A stretch of DNA of 62,691 nt, taken from positions 1 through 62,691 of the forward strand of contig JAQBGU010000241.1 of the NCBI GenBank assembly GCA_032128375.1. Direction: 5' to 3'. Positions 28,776-38,850 of this stretch are shown here, in pieces. How positions within the stretch are numbered: the stretch's first letter is position 1; each line of letters begins with the position of its first letter. Below the pieces are notes generated by a model. The model was given only the letters and a program-made list of their open reading frames with translations, was not told where the DNA came from and did no database searches. The position numbers and the translations under genes are program-made. Source of the DNA: Deltaproteobacteria bacterium (lineage in GTDB: Bacteria > Myxococcota_A > UBA9160 > SMWR01).

Positions 28776-30206
28776 TCAGATGCACCAAGCTGGCGGGACG
28801 CTGGCTTCGATCGCCTTGCGGTGGTCGGCGTAGCCCTCGCGTCCGATCAGCGCGAATGCGGCCAGCTTGCCGGCCTCGACGCCGGGCTGGTCGTAGGCGT
28901 TGATGCCGAACAGAGAGCCCTGAAAGGCAGTCTGGAGTTCGAGGGCAAAAAACAACTGACCGATCGTGTCCGAGCTGATCACCGGTAAGCGCCAATTGGC
29001 GGTCGGGCGACCCGCCTGCGCGAGCGCCACCGCAGTCCCGCGTTGTTCGGCGCGCAACAGCTCAGCCAAATCGACCCCCTCCAGGTATTGGGCGGGAGGG
29101 CCGCCGGCAACAGGCAGCTTGCGACGACAGGCATCAACGCTGACGAAGGTGAGCCACTTGTCACTGGGGCCCTCCACAAAGAGTTGAACCTGGGAATGCT
29201 GATCAGTCGTACCTCGCGCCGGCAGCGGTGTGGGGCCCACTCCTACGCTGCGACGGCCCCGCGTAGCGCGCTTTCCAAGGCTCTCGCCGACCAGCTGAAC
29301 ATACCAACGCGAGAGCGGCTCGAGCGCGTCGGCGTAGGGCATCAGCACGTGAATCGGCTTGCGCTTCGATTCAGCCATCGCATACGCGATCGCAGCGGCG
29401 ACCGCAGACGGGTTCTGAGCGGCGCTGCCCTTCAATACACGAGCCAAATAGCGACGCGCGCCGTTGACCACGCCCGAAATGTCTACGCCAGCGACTGCAG
29501 GTGTGAACAACCCACTCGGTGTCAACACCGAAAAGCGTCCGCCGACATCTTCCGGAAAGTCGAGCGTCTCGACTCCTTCGCGGCGCGCCATTTCGTACAG
29601 CGCGCTGTTGCGGCCGGTTGTGAACACGCAGTGCTCTTCCCAGCGTGTGCCGCGACCGGCGCGCTCCAATGCGTCACGCACGACCTGAAAGCCGGCTGCG
29701 GTCTCGACGGTGCCGCCGGATTTCGACACGACATGAACCAATGACTTTCGCAGGTCGACCACTTCGAGCAGCGACCCGAGGGTTTCCGGGTCGACATTAT
29801 CGACAAAATGCACGCGCGGTCCCGCGCGCTTTGCTGCCGGCAGCAGGTTGTGCTGTGGGTGAGCGAGGGCCCGCAGCAGCGCTTCGGCGCCCAACGACGA
29901 CCCCCCGATGCCAATGTGGATCAGGTCCGTCGGCGCGCGCCGTCGCCAGCGGGACGCGGCCTTTTGTGTCTTTGCCAGAATCGATGGCCGCTTCAATGCA
30001 CGGACAAAGCCCGCGGGCGGCGCGTCGGAAAGAAGCTCGGCGAGAACCCCTGCGCAGCGACGCAATTCGACGTTGACCTCGGAGTGCGAGATCCCATGCG
30101 ATCGAGCCAGAGGCGGTGCGAGCGACCCGCCGGCCTCGAAGTGAATGTCGCGCGCTGCGGTTTGGCGTGTCACCGAAAATCCCCTGACGAATCTCCATCC
30201 GAGCAC
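28776..30206 (-). CDS. pgi: Glucose-6-phosphate isomerase; start may be near 30172
   Basis: GIGGSSLG, SKSGGTVET, VGGRFSV, ESLGK, DQHSQVQ and DQPGVEAGK motifs. Confidence 0.93.
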   Translation of the reverse strand: MLGWRFVRGFSVTRQTAARDIHFEAGGSLAPPLARSHGISHSEVNVELRRCAGVLAELLSDAPPAGFVRALKRPSILAKTQKAASRWRRRAPTDLIHIGIGGSSLGAEALLRALAHPQHNLLPAAKRAGPRVHFVDNVDPETLGSLLEVVDLRKSLVHVVSKSGGTVETAAGFQVVRDALERAGRGTRWEEHCVFTTGRNSALYEMARREGVETLDFPEDVGGRFSVLTPSGLFTPAVAGVDISGVVNGARRYLARVLKGSAAQNPSAVAAAIAYAMAESKRKPIHVLMPYADALEPLSRWYVQLVGESLGKRATRGRRSVGVGPTPLPARGTTDQHSQVQLFVEGPSDKWLTFVSVDACRRKLPVAGGPPAQYLEGVDLAELLRAEQRGTAVALAQAGRPTANWRLPVISSDTIGQLFFALELQTAFQGSLFGINAYDQPGVEAGKLAAFALIGREGYADHRKAIEASVPPAWCI

Positions 30207-30222
30207 ATGGTAGAATGAGTCG

Positions 30223-31026
30223 ATGCGCGCCGCTCTGGTTCAGATGACTTCGACCGATGACGTCGCGTCCAATCTGGACGCGGCCCGCCGCTGGGTAGCG
30301 GCCGCCGCGGAGAGCGGCGCGGAATTTGTCGGCCTGCCGGAGAATTTCGCGTTCTTGCGACGCGAGGGAAATCCGATCCCCTGCGCGCAGAGTCTGGATG
30401 GCGAAATCATTGCTTGCGTCCGGGAGCTGGCGCGCCAGCATCGCGTTTGGATTCTCGCCGGCACGTTCGCCGAACACATCGAGAGCAGCAACCTGCTTTA
30501 CAATACCAGCGTACTGATTGCGCCCGACGCGAACGTCGAGGCGGTGTATCGCAAGATCCACCTGTTTGATGTCGATTTGCGCGATAGCGGGGGCGGAGTG
30601 TTCTCGGAGTCCGCCACTTTCGCACCGGGCGACGAGGTGGTGGTCGCTACCACGGAACTCGGCTCGATTGGGCTCTCGGTCTGCTACGACGTGCGATTCC
30701 CCGAGCTCTACCGGCAGATGGCGACACGGGGGGCCCAGTTCATCACCATCCCCAGCGCGTTCGCACCGCAGACCGGCAAGGACCACTGGGATGTCCTACT
30801 GCGCGCCCGGGCGATCGAAAACCAGGCTTTCGTACTGGCGCCGGCTCAATGTGGGCAACACAGCGAGGACCGCGCCAGCTATGGCCGATCGATGATCGTA
30901 GATCCATGGGGGATCGTGCTGGCCCAGGGGAGCGATGAGCCAGGCCTGGTCATCGCGGATTGCGACGTTGCGCGGCAAGATCGCATCCGGGCCAACCTAC
31001 CCGTACTCGCGCACCGTCGCCTCTGA
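30223..31026 (+). CDS. Carbon-nitrogen hydrolase (Nit1/deaminated glutathione amidase-like)
   Basis: LPEN, YRKIHLFD, VCYDVRFPE and RARAIENQ motifs. Confidence 0.92.
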   Translation: MRAALVQMTSTDDVASNLDAARRWVAAAAESGAEFVGLPENFAFLRREGNPIPCAQSLDGEIIACVRELARQHRVWILAGTFAEHIESSNLLYNTSVLIAPDANVEAVYRKIHLFDVDLRDSGGGVFSESATFAPGDEVVVATTELGSIGLSVCYDVRFPELYRQMATRGAQFITIPSAFAPQTGKDHWDVLLRARAIENQAFVLAPAQCGQHSEDRASYGRSMIVDPWGIVLAQGSDEPGLVIADCDVARQDRIRANLPVLAHRRL

Positions 31027-31172
31027 TCTTCGCCGCAGCCGACAACGCACCCGCAACCCAGCGTGGCGGGGCCCCACAGCGGCTGCGGTTTCCGCTGCTT
31101 GGCGAGTTCTCAAGCGATCTGCCGGTGTCACCGATATTCGGGGGGTCGGGATTCGACGGGGTTGGAGCGCGG

Positions 31173-31499
31173 ATGATGGACCAGGACCAGTCCGGAATGA
31201 ATGGTGTCCTCGTGATCTGTAACGGCGGATTCGAGGGTATGGAGTACGAACTCTGTTCCGAGGAGACCCTCATCGGTCGCAATCCCACGACCGACGTCAC
31301 GCTGCTCGATGAGAACATCAGCCGCGAGCACTCGATCATTCTCTTCGACCCCGAGGACAACTCGTACACGATCGAAGATCTCCAATCTACCAATGGCACG
31401 AAGGTCAATGGCAAAAAGATCCGATCCTCGGATTTGAGTGACGCTGACGAAATCGAGATTGGCCACACCCGCTTTCGGTTCATGATCCGCCAGCGCTGA
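31173..31499 (+). CDS. Stand-alone FHA domain protein
   Basis: IGR...ISREH...DLQSTNGTKVNG; GGAG RBS. Confidence 0.9.
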   Translation: MMDQDQSGMNGVLVICNGGFEGMEYELCSEETLIGRNPTTDVTLLDENISREHSIILFDPEDNSYTIEDLQSTNGTKVNGKKIRSSDLSDADEIEIGHTRFRFMIRQR

Positions 31500-31718
31500 T
31501 GAGCCGGCATCATCGCAATATCGCGCGAATCGATTCGATGTGCGGAAGCGCGCCTTTGCGAAGTCGCAAGCTTCCGAATCACTTGGGAAGTCCTACTCTG
31601 AGTGCCTCGAAGTCTGGTCATGCACAGCCGGGGTGTGTGGTATCTGCCATTGTCAATTCGGATGTGCCGTTGCCATCCTGACTGAAACGCGAAACGTCAC
31701 AGTTTTGGGGGGAACCAC

Positions 31719-32459
31719 GTGATCGATCAAATGCGGGAAGATTCGCTCGACCTTCACAGCAGCGGTAGAACACGCAGGATCTGGACCTTCGGCACACGCG
31801 GTGGCCTGGGGTTGCTGGCCCTCATCGCAATGATCGGCTCGCTCGCCTGCACGACGCTCGCACCCCCACCTCCCAGGCTTGGACAATCGGCTTACGTGGT
31901 CGGTGCGCCCGACCAACTCTCCGTAAATATCCTGCCCGATCCAGAGGTCACATTCGCTGCCACGGTGCGTCCAGATGGGATGATCTCGATTCCGCTGATT
32001 GGAGACGTGACGGCCGGCGGTCGCACGATCCCCCAGATCGCAGCGGACATTGAAGAAAAGATGACGAGATTCAAGCGGGGCGCGCAGGTGACCGTGATGC
32101 TCGTCGCGGCGGCACACACCGATATCAGCGTGCTGGGAGAAGTGGCGAGTGCGTCGTCCTTTCCGTTGCTCAAGGATACGCGGGTCGTCGAAGCCATCGC
32201 ACAAGTGGGCGGGCCGACCACATTCGCCTGGAGCTCCCGGATCCGGGTCATTCGCAGCCTCGACGGCACGACCGAAGTCCACCGCGTCGATCTCACCGAT
32301 ATCCGGAAGGGTGATCTGACGACGAATATGTGGCTAGAGCCAGGGGACATCGTCTATGTGCCCCCAACGATTCTGGCTCGCATCGGGTATGCGATCAACT
32401 CGATATTCTTCCCGTTCCAGCCGTTCTTCGGACTCGCCAGACTCGCCGGCTTTCCGTAG
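31719..32459 (+). CDS. Polysaccharide export lipoprotein (Wza/OPX family, SLBB domain)
   Basis: LAC lipobox, YVVGAPDQL, VRPDGMISIPLIG, VLGEV and LEPGDIVYVP motifs. Confidence 0.88.
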   Translation: MIDQMREDSLDLHSSGRTRRIWTFGTRGGLGLLALIAMIGSLACTTLAPPPPRLGQSAYVVGAPDQLSVNILPDPEVTFAATVRPDGMISIPLIGDVTAGGRTIPQIAADIEEKMTRFKRGAQVTVMLVAAAHTDISVLGEVASASSFPLLKDTRVVEAIAQVGGPTTFAWSSRIRVIRSLDGTTEVHRVDLTDIRKGDLTTNMWLEPGDIVYVPPTILARIGYAINSIFFPFQPFFGLARLAGFP

Positions 32460-32542
32460 CGGGTCTGCGTAGAACCCGTAGGGGGTCCTCGCAACGACCA
32501 GCACCTCAGCGATTATCCGGGCCATCGGGCTAGGCTGTCACG

Positions 32543-33853
32543 ATGCGTCGATATGAGTCATGGGGACGGCTGCCCAAGACGACGGCTGCGGCGGTCCACC
32601 GCATCCAGTGGCGGAGCCAGCTCGCGGACCTCGATTTCGAGGCCGGGCCGGTTCTGCCGGTTGGATTGGGCCGAAGTTACGGCGACAGTGGCCTGAACGA
32701 CGCTGGCGTTGTCATCGACACGCGCGATCTCGACCGTTTCATCCACTTCGATTCCGAACGCGGCGTCATCCGGTGCGAGGCCGGTGTCTCGGTGGCCGAA
32801 TTGCTCGCACTCGTCGTCCCCCGCGGTTGGTTCATCCCGGTCAGTCCAGGGACGCAGTTCGTCACGATGGCGGGTGCGGTTGCCAATGACATCCACGGCA
32901 AGAACCACCACGGAGCCGGCACCTTCGGCTGTCACGTGCGGCGCTTCGAACTGCTTCGTTCCGATGGCAAGCTCCGGGTTTGCGCACCAGATGAGAACGC
33001 CGAACTGTTTCGCGCAACCATCGGGGGGATGGGTCTCACGGGGATCCTGACCTGGGTCGAATTTCAGCTCAAGGCCATCCCGGGTCCGTGGATCGAACTC
33101 GAGCAGATTCGATTTCGATCGTTTGACGAATACCTCGCGCTCGAGATGGAATCGAGCCGCGACTACGAATACAGCGTTTCGTGGCTCGACTGCCTGAGTG
33201 CCAATCACCAAGGCTTGTTTCAGCGCGGCAACTTCAGCAAAGACGCAGCGAAGCGGCGCGGCGCGCTTTCGGGGTTGAAGCTCCGACTTCCGATCGACGC
33301 GCCCTCATTCGCACTCGATCCGCTGTTCATGAAACTATTCAACACCGCGATCTACCACCACCAGCTGCGAGACCGGATTCGCAAGAAGGTGCACTACGTA
33401 CCGTTCTTCTATCCGCTGGACATGCTCCTCGATTGGAATCGCGCCTATGGCAAGGCCGGGTTCTTTCAATACCAGTTCACGGTCCCGTCGCGTGACGAGC
33501 AGATCTTCCTCGAGATCCTGGACCGGATTCGCAGATCTCGTCAGGGGAGCTTTCTGGTGGTTCTGAAGAAGTTCGGCGAGATTGTTTCGCCAGGCATGAT
33601 GTCGTTTCCCAAAGAGGGGATCAACCTGGCACTGGACTTCCCGAACCGCGGTCAGCTGACGCTCGATCTGCTCGACAAACTCGATGGACTCGTCATCGAG
33701 TCGGGAGGATCGGTCTACCCCGCTAAGGATGCGCGCATGTCACCGAAGAGCTTCCAGCACTACTACCCGCAGTGGAAGGAGTTCTCGCGCTACATCGATC
33801 CGAACTTTTCGTCTTCGTTCTGGCGGCGTGTGACTGCGGGGGCCGGCTCGTGA
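32543..33853 (+). CDS. FAD-linked oxidase, DprE1-like
   Basis: GLGRSYGD, VSPGTQFVT, DIHGKNHH, GGMGLTG, FFYPLD, QYQF and YPAKDARM motifs. Confidence 0.88.
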   Translation: MRRYESWGRLPKTTAAAVHRIQWRSQLADLDFEAGPVLPVGLGRSYGDSGLNDAGVVIDTRDLDRFIHFDSERGVIRCEAGVSVAELLALVVPRGWFIPVSPGTQFVTMAGAVANDIHGKNHHGAGTFGCHVRRFELLRSDGKLRVCAPDENAELFRATIGGMGLTGILTWVEFQLKAIPGPWIELEQIRFRSFDEYLALEMESSRDYEYSVSWLDCLSANHQGLFQRGNFSKDAAKRRGALSGLKLRLPIDAPSFALDPLFMKLFNTAIYHHQLRDRIRKKVHYVPFFYPLDMLLDWNRAYGKAGFFQYQFTVPSRDEQIFLEILDRIRRSRQGSFLVVLKKFGEIVSPGMMSFPKEGINLALDFPNRGQLTLDLLDKLDGLVIESGGSVYPAKDARMSPKSFQHYYPQWKEFSRYIDPNFSSSFWRRVTAGAGS

Positions 33854-34587
33854 GACGCATATTGTTGACAGGCGCTACGTCGGCGATCGCGCAGGCGGCG
33901 GCCCGGTCGTTCGCGAGCGACGGCGACTCGCTGGTATTGGCGGGACGAGATCTCGACCGATTGGAGAACGTCGCGGACGACTTGCGGGCGCGTGGAGCCG
34001 CGCGCGTCGAGACGCTCGAGATCGACTTCCTCGAGATCGGGCGTTGTCCGGGCTTGGTGGAGAAGGCACGAGAGTTGCTCGACGGTCTCGATGTCCTTTT
34101 AGTCGCGCAGGGTACCCTGCCCGATCAGATCGCATGTGAATGCGATGTCGAACTGACACTTCGAGAACATTCATTGAATGCGAGCAGCACGATCGCGCTG
34201 CTGGTTCCGGCCGCCAACCTGTTCGAAGCGCAGGGGCATGGCTGCCTGGCCGTGATTACGTCGATTGCCGGCGTGCGCGGGCGCCGCAGTAATTATGTGT
34301 ATGGGGCGGCAAAGGCCGGCGTATCGGCCTTCCTCGAGGGGTTGAGGGGGCGGATGGCCGCGTGCGGTGTCAGTGTGGTCGACGTCCGACCGGGTTTCGT
34401 CGATACGCCGATGACCGCCGATATTCCGAAGAACCCGCTGTTTGCCAGTGCTGCGGATGTCGGCGAGCGCGTGTATCGAGCGGTGTGCCGCGGCGAGGAC
34501 GTCGTCTACACACCGTGGTTCTGGCGCTGGATTGCGCTCGTGCTCCAGTGTATCCCACGCCCGATTTTCAAGCGCCTGAATTTCTGA
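33850..34587 (+). CDS. Short-chain dehydrogenase, DprE2-like
   Basis: TGATSAIA, RGRRSNYVYGAAKAG and PGFVDTPMT; GTGA-coupled to the DprE1-like gene. Confidence 0.88.
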   Translation: MRRILLTGATSAIAQAAARSFASDGDSLVLAGRDLDRLENVADDLRARGAARVETLEIDFLEIGRCPGLVEKARELLDGLDVLLVAQGTLPDQIACECDVELTLREHSLNASSTIALLVPAANLFEAQGHGCLAVITSIAGVRGRRSNYVYGAAKAGVSAFLEGLRGRMAACGVSVVDVRPGFVDTPMTADIPKNPLFASAADVGERVYRAVCRGEDVVYTPWFWRWIALVLQCIPRPIFKRLNF

Positions 34588-34999
34588 TTTGGCGGGGTCC
34601 TCGCGAAGTGGGTTCCAATTTGCCGGACAGTCGGACTCGGTCGACCTCTGAGAGGTTTCCGCGATGAGTCGTCAGCCAGGCTGGCTTCGACAATGAAGGG
34701 GCCTCGTTGCTGGCAAATCGGCAACGCGTTGCCGTTCTGGATCGGGGAGGCTGCGCCAGTTGCGAGCGAACTGCATGTACCAGCGTCCCGAGACGTCGAC
34801 GTTCACCCCGAGCCGCTTGCCCGATTCGCGGGCGGCCCTGGCCTTCATGCGCAGCTCGCCGGCCTATTGGACTGTTCCACGCTTCAAAGGCTCCGGCGAT
34901 GCTGCGGCGCACGGACTGGGCCTGGAGTACGACGTACCCTTGACCCAGCCGTTCGGGCAACCAACCGCGCTTTGATTGCCCGAAGAGCCAAACGCTGGC

Positions 35000-35686
35000 T
35001 CAGGGCGTGTCGCGGCCCTCGGGACGCACTTTTCGGTGACGCTTGGAATAGCGAAGCATGGTTTCGACGACCTCGTCGATGTCGTCGGTCACGCGGAACA
35101 GCCTCAGGTCTCGCTTCGAGATCATCCTCTCTTCGCGCATTCGGCCGGTGATCCAATCCAGTAAGCCGCCCCAGTACTCCGTGCCGAACAGCATGACCGG
35201 GAAGTTGTGGATCTTCTCGGTCTGGATCAGCGTGAGTGCTTCAAAGACCTCATCGAGGGTTCCGAAGCCGCCAGGCAACGCAACGAAGCCGCACGCGTAC
35301 TTGACGAACATGACTTTTCTCGCGAAGAAATAGTTGAAAACGATGCCGGTCTCGACGTGTTCGTTCGCCTTCTGCTCGAAAGGCAATCGGATGTTCAACC
35401 CGATCGACCGCCCGGTCCCCCGACTCGCGCCGAGATTGGCGGCTTCCATGATTCCGGGACCCCCGCCCGTGATGATCGAGAAGCCAGCCCGACTCAGCGC
35501 CTCCGAAACATCGACTGCTTGGCGATAGTAGACGTGGTTGCGGCCGGTCCTGGCGCTGCCGAAGATCGAAACGGAAGGCCACACATCACGGAGGGTTTCA
35601 AAGCCCTCCACGAACTCACCCATGATCTTGAAGACACTCCAGGTGTCCTTGGTCTGCCGATCGGCCACTACTTCCTTTCGGTGCAT
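35000..35686 (-). CDS. LOG family (TIGR00730) nucleotide monophosphate nucleosidase
   Basis: FGSAR, TGGGPGIMEA, YFFARK and PGGFGTLDE motifs. Confidence 0.92.
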   Translation of the reverse strand: MHRKEVVADRQTKDTWSVFKIMGEFVEGFETLRDVWPSVSIFGSARTGRNHVYYRQAVDVSEALSRAGFSIITGGGPGIMEAANLGASRGTGRSIGLNIRLPFEQKANEHVETGIVFNYFFARKVMFVKYACGFVALPGGFGTLDEVFEALTLIQTEKIHNFPVMLFGTEYWGGLLDWITGRMREERMISKRDLRLFRVTDDIDEVVETMLRYSKRHRKVRPEGRDTP

Positions 35687-35713
35687 CGCGAGGGCGAGTG
35701 AAGCCTCGCGTCG

Positions 35714-36013
35714 TCAGGTCTTCTTGAACAGGTCGTCGAGCGCGCGCTTGGCCCGATGTTGGCTTTCGTCGACCGCTGCTGCTCGTGCGGTGCCGATTGT
35801 GAAGTAGTCGCACCGGTTGGCTCGCTCACGGTCTGCTACCCGCTCCGAGCTCGATTCACGGCACTCGTTGTAGGCGCTCGGGTCGTGATGCGCGCAGTTC
35901 AGACACGAGTGAAGGTCGGCGTTGCACGCCGAACACGTGTCGCGATAGCCCACTCGTTCGCCGCTCGAGAGCAAGATCGCAAACTTGCACGCGTTGCAAG
36001 AAAAGCGCCCCAT
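35714..36013 (-). CDS. Small Cys-rich conserved hypothetical protein
   Basis: CxxC...CxxC...CxxC...C...NRCDYF...LDDLFKK pattern. Confidence 0.75.
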   Translation of the reverse strand: MGRFSCNACKFAILLSSGERVGYRDTCSACNADLHSCLNCAHHDPSAYNECRESSSERVADRERANRCDYFTIGTARAAAVDESQHRAKRALDDLFKKT

Positions 36014-36145
36014 CGCCAGCGATCGTGGTACAGCTCCCTTCACGGGTCAACTGGGGCAGGCAGCATCCGGGTCAAGCGATCCCATGCGGCTCGCTGCAGG
36101 CTCATGGTAATGGAGCCGCCCGGTTGCGGGTGGTAGCGTGACCCT

Positions 36146-37552
36146 GTGGGCGCGGAAAAAATCCCGAATGTGATTCGCGAGCTTCGCGGCGTTCGCTGGT
36201 GGTTGGGAGCGACCGCCGACCGCGAGCAGGTGGCCCCATTGCTGGCGGCTGCTGTCGATGCGATCGAATCGGGAGCGATAAACCTCAAAAGCGGCAGACG
36301 CAAGGAATTGTACCGCCTCACGCTACTCGGCGATGAGCCGGACCATCTTTTGAAAGTTACGCGCTACCGCAATGGATCGAGTTGGACCCGACGTGTTCGC
36401 AAGAGCAAAGCCCGCCGCGAAATCGAAATGGCGGCCCGGCTCTATGACCACGAAATCAACACCCCGCTACCCGTCGCGGCCGGCGAGCGTCGTCGCGGAG
36501 GTTTTCTGATCGCGTGCTATCTGCTGATTCCGCTCGAGCGCGACGCGATCGATCTCGCCGTCCTTGCAAATTCGCCGGCCCGACCACACGCTAGGCGAGC
36601 GATCACCACCCGATTCGGCGCGCTCGCAGCAAGGCTGCATGCCATCGGCTTTCGACAGGCCGACTTCGCGCCAAACAATTTCCTGGTGCGGCTCGCCGAA
36701 CCCCCGGAAATCGTTCCAATCGATTTCGAGCGCGCCAGCCTGCTTGCGGGGAAGGCGGGATTGGATCGGCACGAGCGCGTGCAATCGCTGGCGAAGCTCG
36801 AGCGCCATTGCGTGGACTCGAGCAGCACCACCCGCCTGCGCTTCCTGATCGCGTATGCGGGAGATCGAAAGGCCGCACGCAGCTACTGGCACGATATCCA
36901 GCACGCCATCGCAGCTCTCTTCGCGCGGGACGAAAAGCGCCTGCGCCCGAATTCGGCCTCGGGGGCCAGACGTCATGAGCGCTTCCGGGCCGGTGATTGG
37001 CACGGCTGGGCGGTGCGCCAAGGTTCGGGTCAGGAGCGGGTCAGAGCATCGCTCGCGCGCGATTCCCGTGCGGGTCGGATCGACACGCAAGCCGCCTTCT
37101 GGGCGTGTTCCTATCACGCAGGCACCGAGCCGCAGGCGGCCGATCTGTGGGCCACCAGCCTGGCGCTGTGGGTTCGCGGGCTGGCCCCCCAACCGATTTG
37201 CGCGGTACAACGCGGACGCGAGGTTCGCTTATTCCTGAACCGGAACGTTCCCAGTGAAACGCACAAGACAGCGGGTCAGCTCCAAGTCGCGGCCGAGCGA
37301 AAAGGGATACCCGCAACCCGGTCGTTGATGTGGCTGATCGATCGCCTGCTGGGGTTGGGGGAGATTTCGTCGGAGATCGCCGCGGGATCGGTCGCTATCG
37401 TGCGAGGCTCCGATGGGTCGAGTCGAGCAACATTGATCGATATCGCGCTGTTTCGGTCCGGCGCACCCAACTTGTCGCAAAGGCGAACTCTCGCGCGAGA
37501 AATCTCGAACCGGCTCACGGCCGAGTCTCTCGCCCAGGAAAGGCGAGACTGA
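36146..37552 (+). CDS. Lipopolysaccharide kinase family protein (Kdo/WaaP/InaA-like)
   Basis: SKARRE, TPLPVAAGE, LHAIGFRQADFAPNN and IDFE motifs. Confidence 0.78.
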   Translation: MGAEKIPNVIRELRGVRWWLGATADREQVAPLLAAAVDAIESGAINLKSGRRKELYRLTLLGDEPDHLLKVTRYRNGSSWTRRVRKSKARREIEMAARLYDHEINTPLPVAAGERRRGGFLIACYLLIPLERDAIDLAVLANSPARPHARRAITTRFGALAARLHAIGFRQADFAPNNFLVRLAEPPEIVPIDFERASLLAGKAGLDRHERVQSLAKLERHCVDSSSTTRLRFLIAYAGDRKAARSYWHDIQHAIAALFARDEKRLRPNSASGARRHERFRAGDWHGWAVRQGSGQERVRASLARDSRAGRIDTQAAFWACSYHAGTEPQAADLWATSLALWVRGLAPQPICAVQRGREVRLFLNRNVPSETHKTAGQLQVAAERKGIPATRSLMWLIDRLLGLGEISSEIAAGSVAIVRGSDGSSRATLIDIALFRSGAPNLSQRRTLAREISNRLTAESLAQERRD

Positions 37553-37622
37553 TCTTGTCACGAGACCGAGATTCCAATTTCAGTTTCCGGACCATCGCTC
37601 CGATACTGGGGTCGGGGGGCCA

Positions 37623-37940
37623 ATGCGAAATCCGATCTATTCATCCCGCGCAGAAGACCCCGACTTGATCGAGCGGATCGAAGCGTTCGTCATCGAACTC
37701 GCAGAACGTGTCGATGAACTTCAAGACGCCGAGTTCAAGGGCGACTCTGCGCAGCTCGGGGGCTTTGCAGGTGCGCTTGCCAATGAAGCCGACGCGCTCG
37801 GTTTCGGTTCGCTGGCGGCATCTGCGCATGCCGTCGAGGGTTGTGCGGGAACTGACGATCCGGACGAGGTTCGCGAGGTGCTTCTCGACCTGACCGAGAT
37901 CGCGAAGCGCATCCGGATGGGCCACCGCGGCGCCGTCTGA
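37623..37940 (+). CDS. Hpt-like four-helix protein lacking the canonical His
   Basis: PIYSS...DPDLIERIEAFV...FAGALANEADALGF resembles stand-alone Hpt proteins. Confidence 0.65.
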   Translation: MRNPIYSSRAEDPDLIERIEAFVIELAERVDELQDAEFKGDSAQLGGFAGALANEADALGFGSLAASAHAVEGCAGTDDPDEVREVLLDLTEIAKRIRMGHRGAV

Positions 37941-37990
37941 CAGCACCGCGCCAGTGCTCGCCATCGCTGGCCCTCGCTTGCGCTCAAATT

Positions 37991-38728
37991 TCACACAAAG
38001 AACCACAGGCTCAGCGGGTTCCCGTCGGCGTCCAGCCACTTTCCAGTCTGGAGCAACACGAAGAAGAAAATCGTCAGGTTGCTGCCGGCGTGTAGGATCA
38101 CCATCGACATCAGGTTCTTTCGGCAGTAGAACCAGTAGAGGCTCAGAACCACCCAGGGAACCGCGACCCCGTATTCCCAGGGCATGTGGCTGAGCGAAAA
38201 AAAGATCACGACAACCCAGAAACTGGCCTTACTGTAGTGACCGATTGGAATGTCACGAAAGTCGCCAGGCTTATCGAATACTTCGATATAGCGGATCAAC
38301 CAACTCCGGATCAGCAGTTCCTCCCAAAACGGTGTAACGACTCCGTAGCCGACGCAGCGAATCGCGAGGACGATCGGCGCGAGCGAATCGCCCCACTGGT
38401 TCACGTCGAAGCCAGCGTCGTCGGGTCGCAGCGAATCGAAGAACAGGTACGGCGCCATCCATAGCGCCGCGCCCACCGCACCCATCGCAAAGTCGAGTAG
38501 CGCGCCGCCGGCACCGAACGGGTAGCGACGCAGCTCGGGGTAGTGGCCGCGCGAGAAGTAGTAGATCATCAACCCCATCGGAGCGATGACCTTCAGCGGC
38601 AAGACCACGGGCTGAAGTGAATCGGGAAGCCCAGCACTGAACTGACCGATCGCACCAAACGACACGTAGGGCCAGAAATAGGCGCCCCAGCCGTGTCCTT
38701 TCGGCCGTTGGACTCGTTTCGCACTCAC
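37991..38728 (-). CDS. CAAX prenyl protease-related membrane protein (Abi/Rce1; PEP-CTERM-associated type)
   Basis: PFWEELLIRSWL, FSLSH and HAGSN motifs. Confidence 0.85.
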   Translation of the reverse strand: MSAKRVQRPKGHGWGAYFWPYVSFGAIGQFSAGLPDSLQPVVLPLKVIAPMGLMIYYFSRGHYPELRRYPFGAGGALLDFAMGAVGAALWMAPYLFFDSLRPDDAGFDVNQWGDSLAPIVLAIRCVGYGVVTPFWEELLIRSWLIRYIEVFDKPGDFRDIPIGHYSKASFWVVVIFFSLSHMPWEYGVAVPWVVLSLYWFYCRKNLMSMVILHAGSNLTIFFFVLLQTGKWLDADGNPLSLWFFV

Positions 38729-38770
38729 GACTTCGTTCCGCCTCCGGAGTCCGGCTCGATGACCTTCGAA

Positions 38771-38850
38771 GAGTCTCGACGGCTCTCGACGGCTCTCGAC
38801 GACTCTCGACGATTCTCAACAACTCTCAACGACTCTCGATAGCTCTCTAA
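38771..38850. repeat. Intergenic degenerate 10-bp tandem repeat x8
   Basis: gagtctcgac ggctctcgac ggctctcgac gactctcgac gattctcaac aactctcaac gactctcgat agctctctaa. Confidence 0.9.

Noticed and set aside
31140..31162. GGGGGGTCGGGATTCGACGGGG resembles the 5' end of tmRNA
   Set aside because: Spacing is too short, I found no matching T-arm/CCA 3' end, and the sequence runs straight into the RBS and ORF of the FHA gene.
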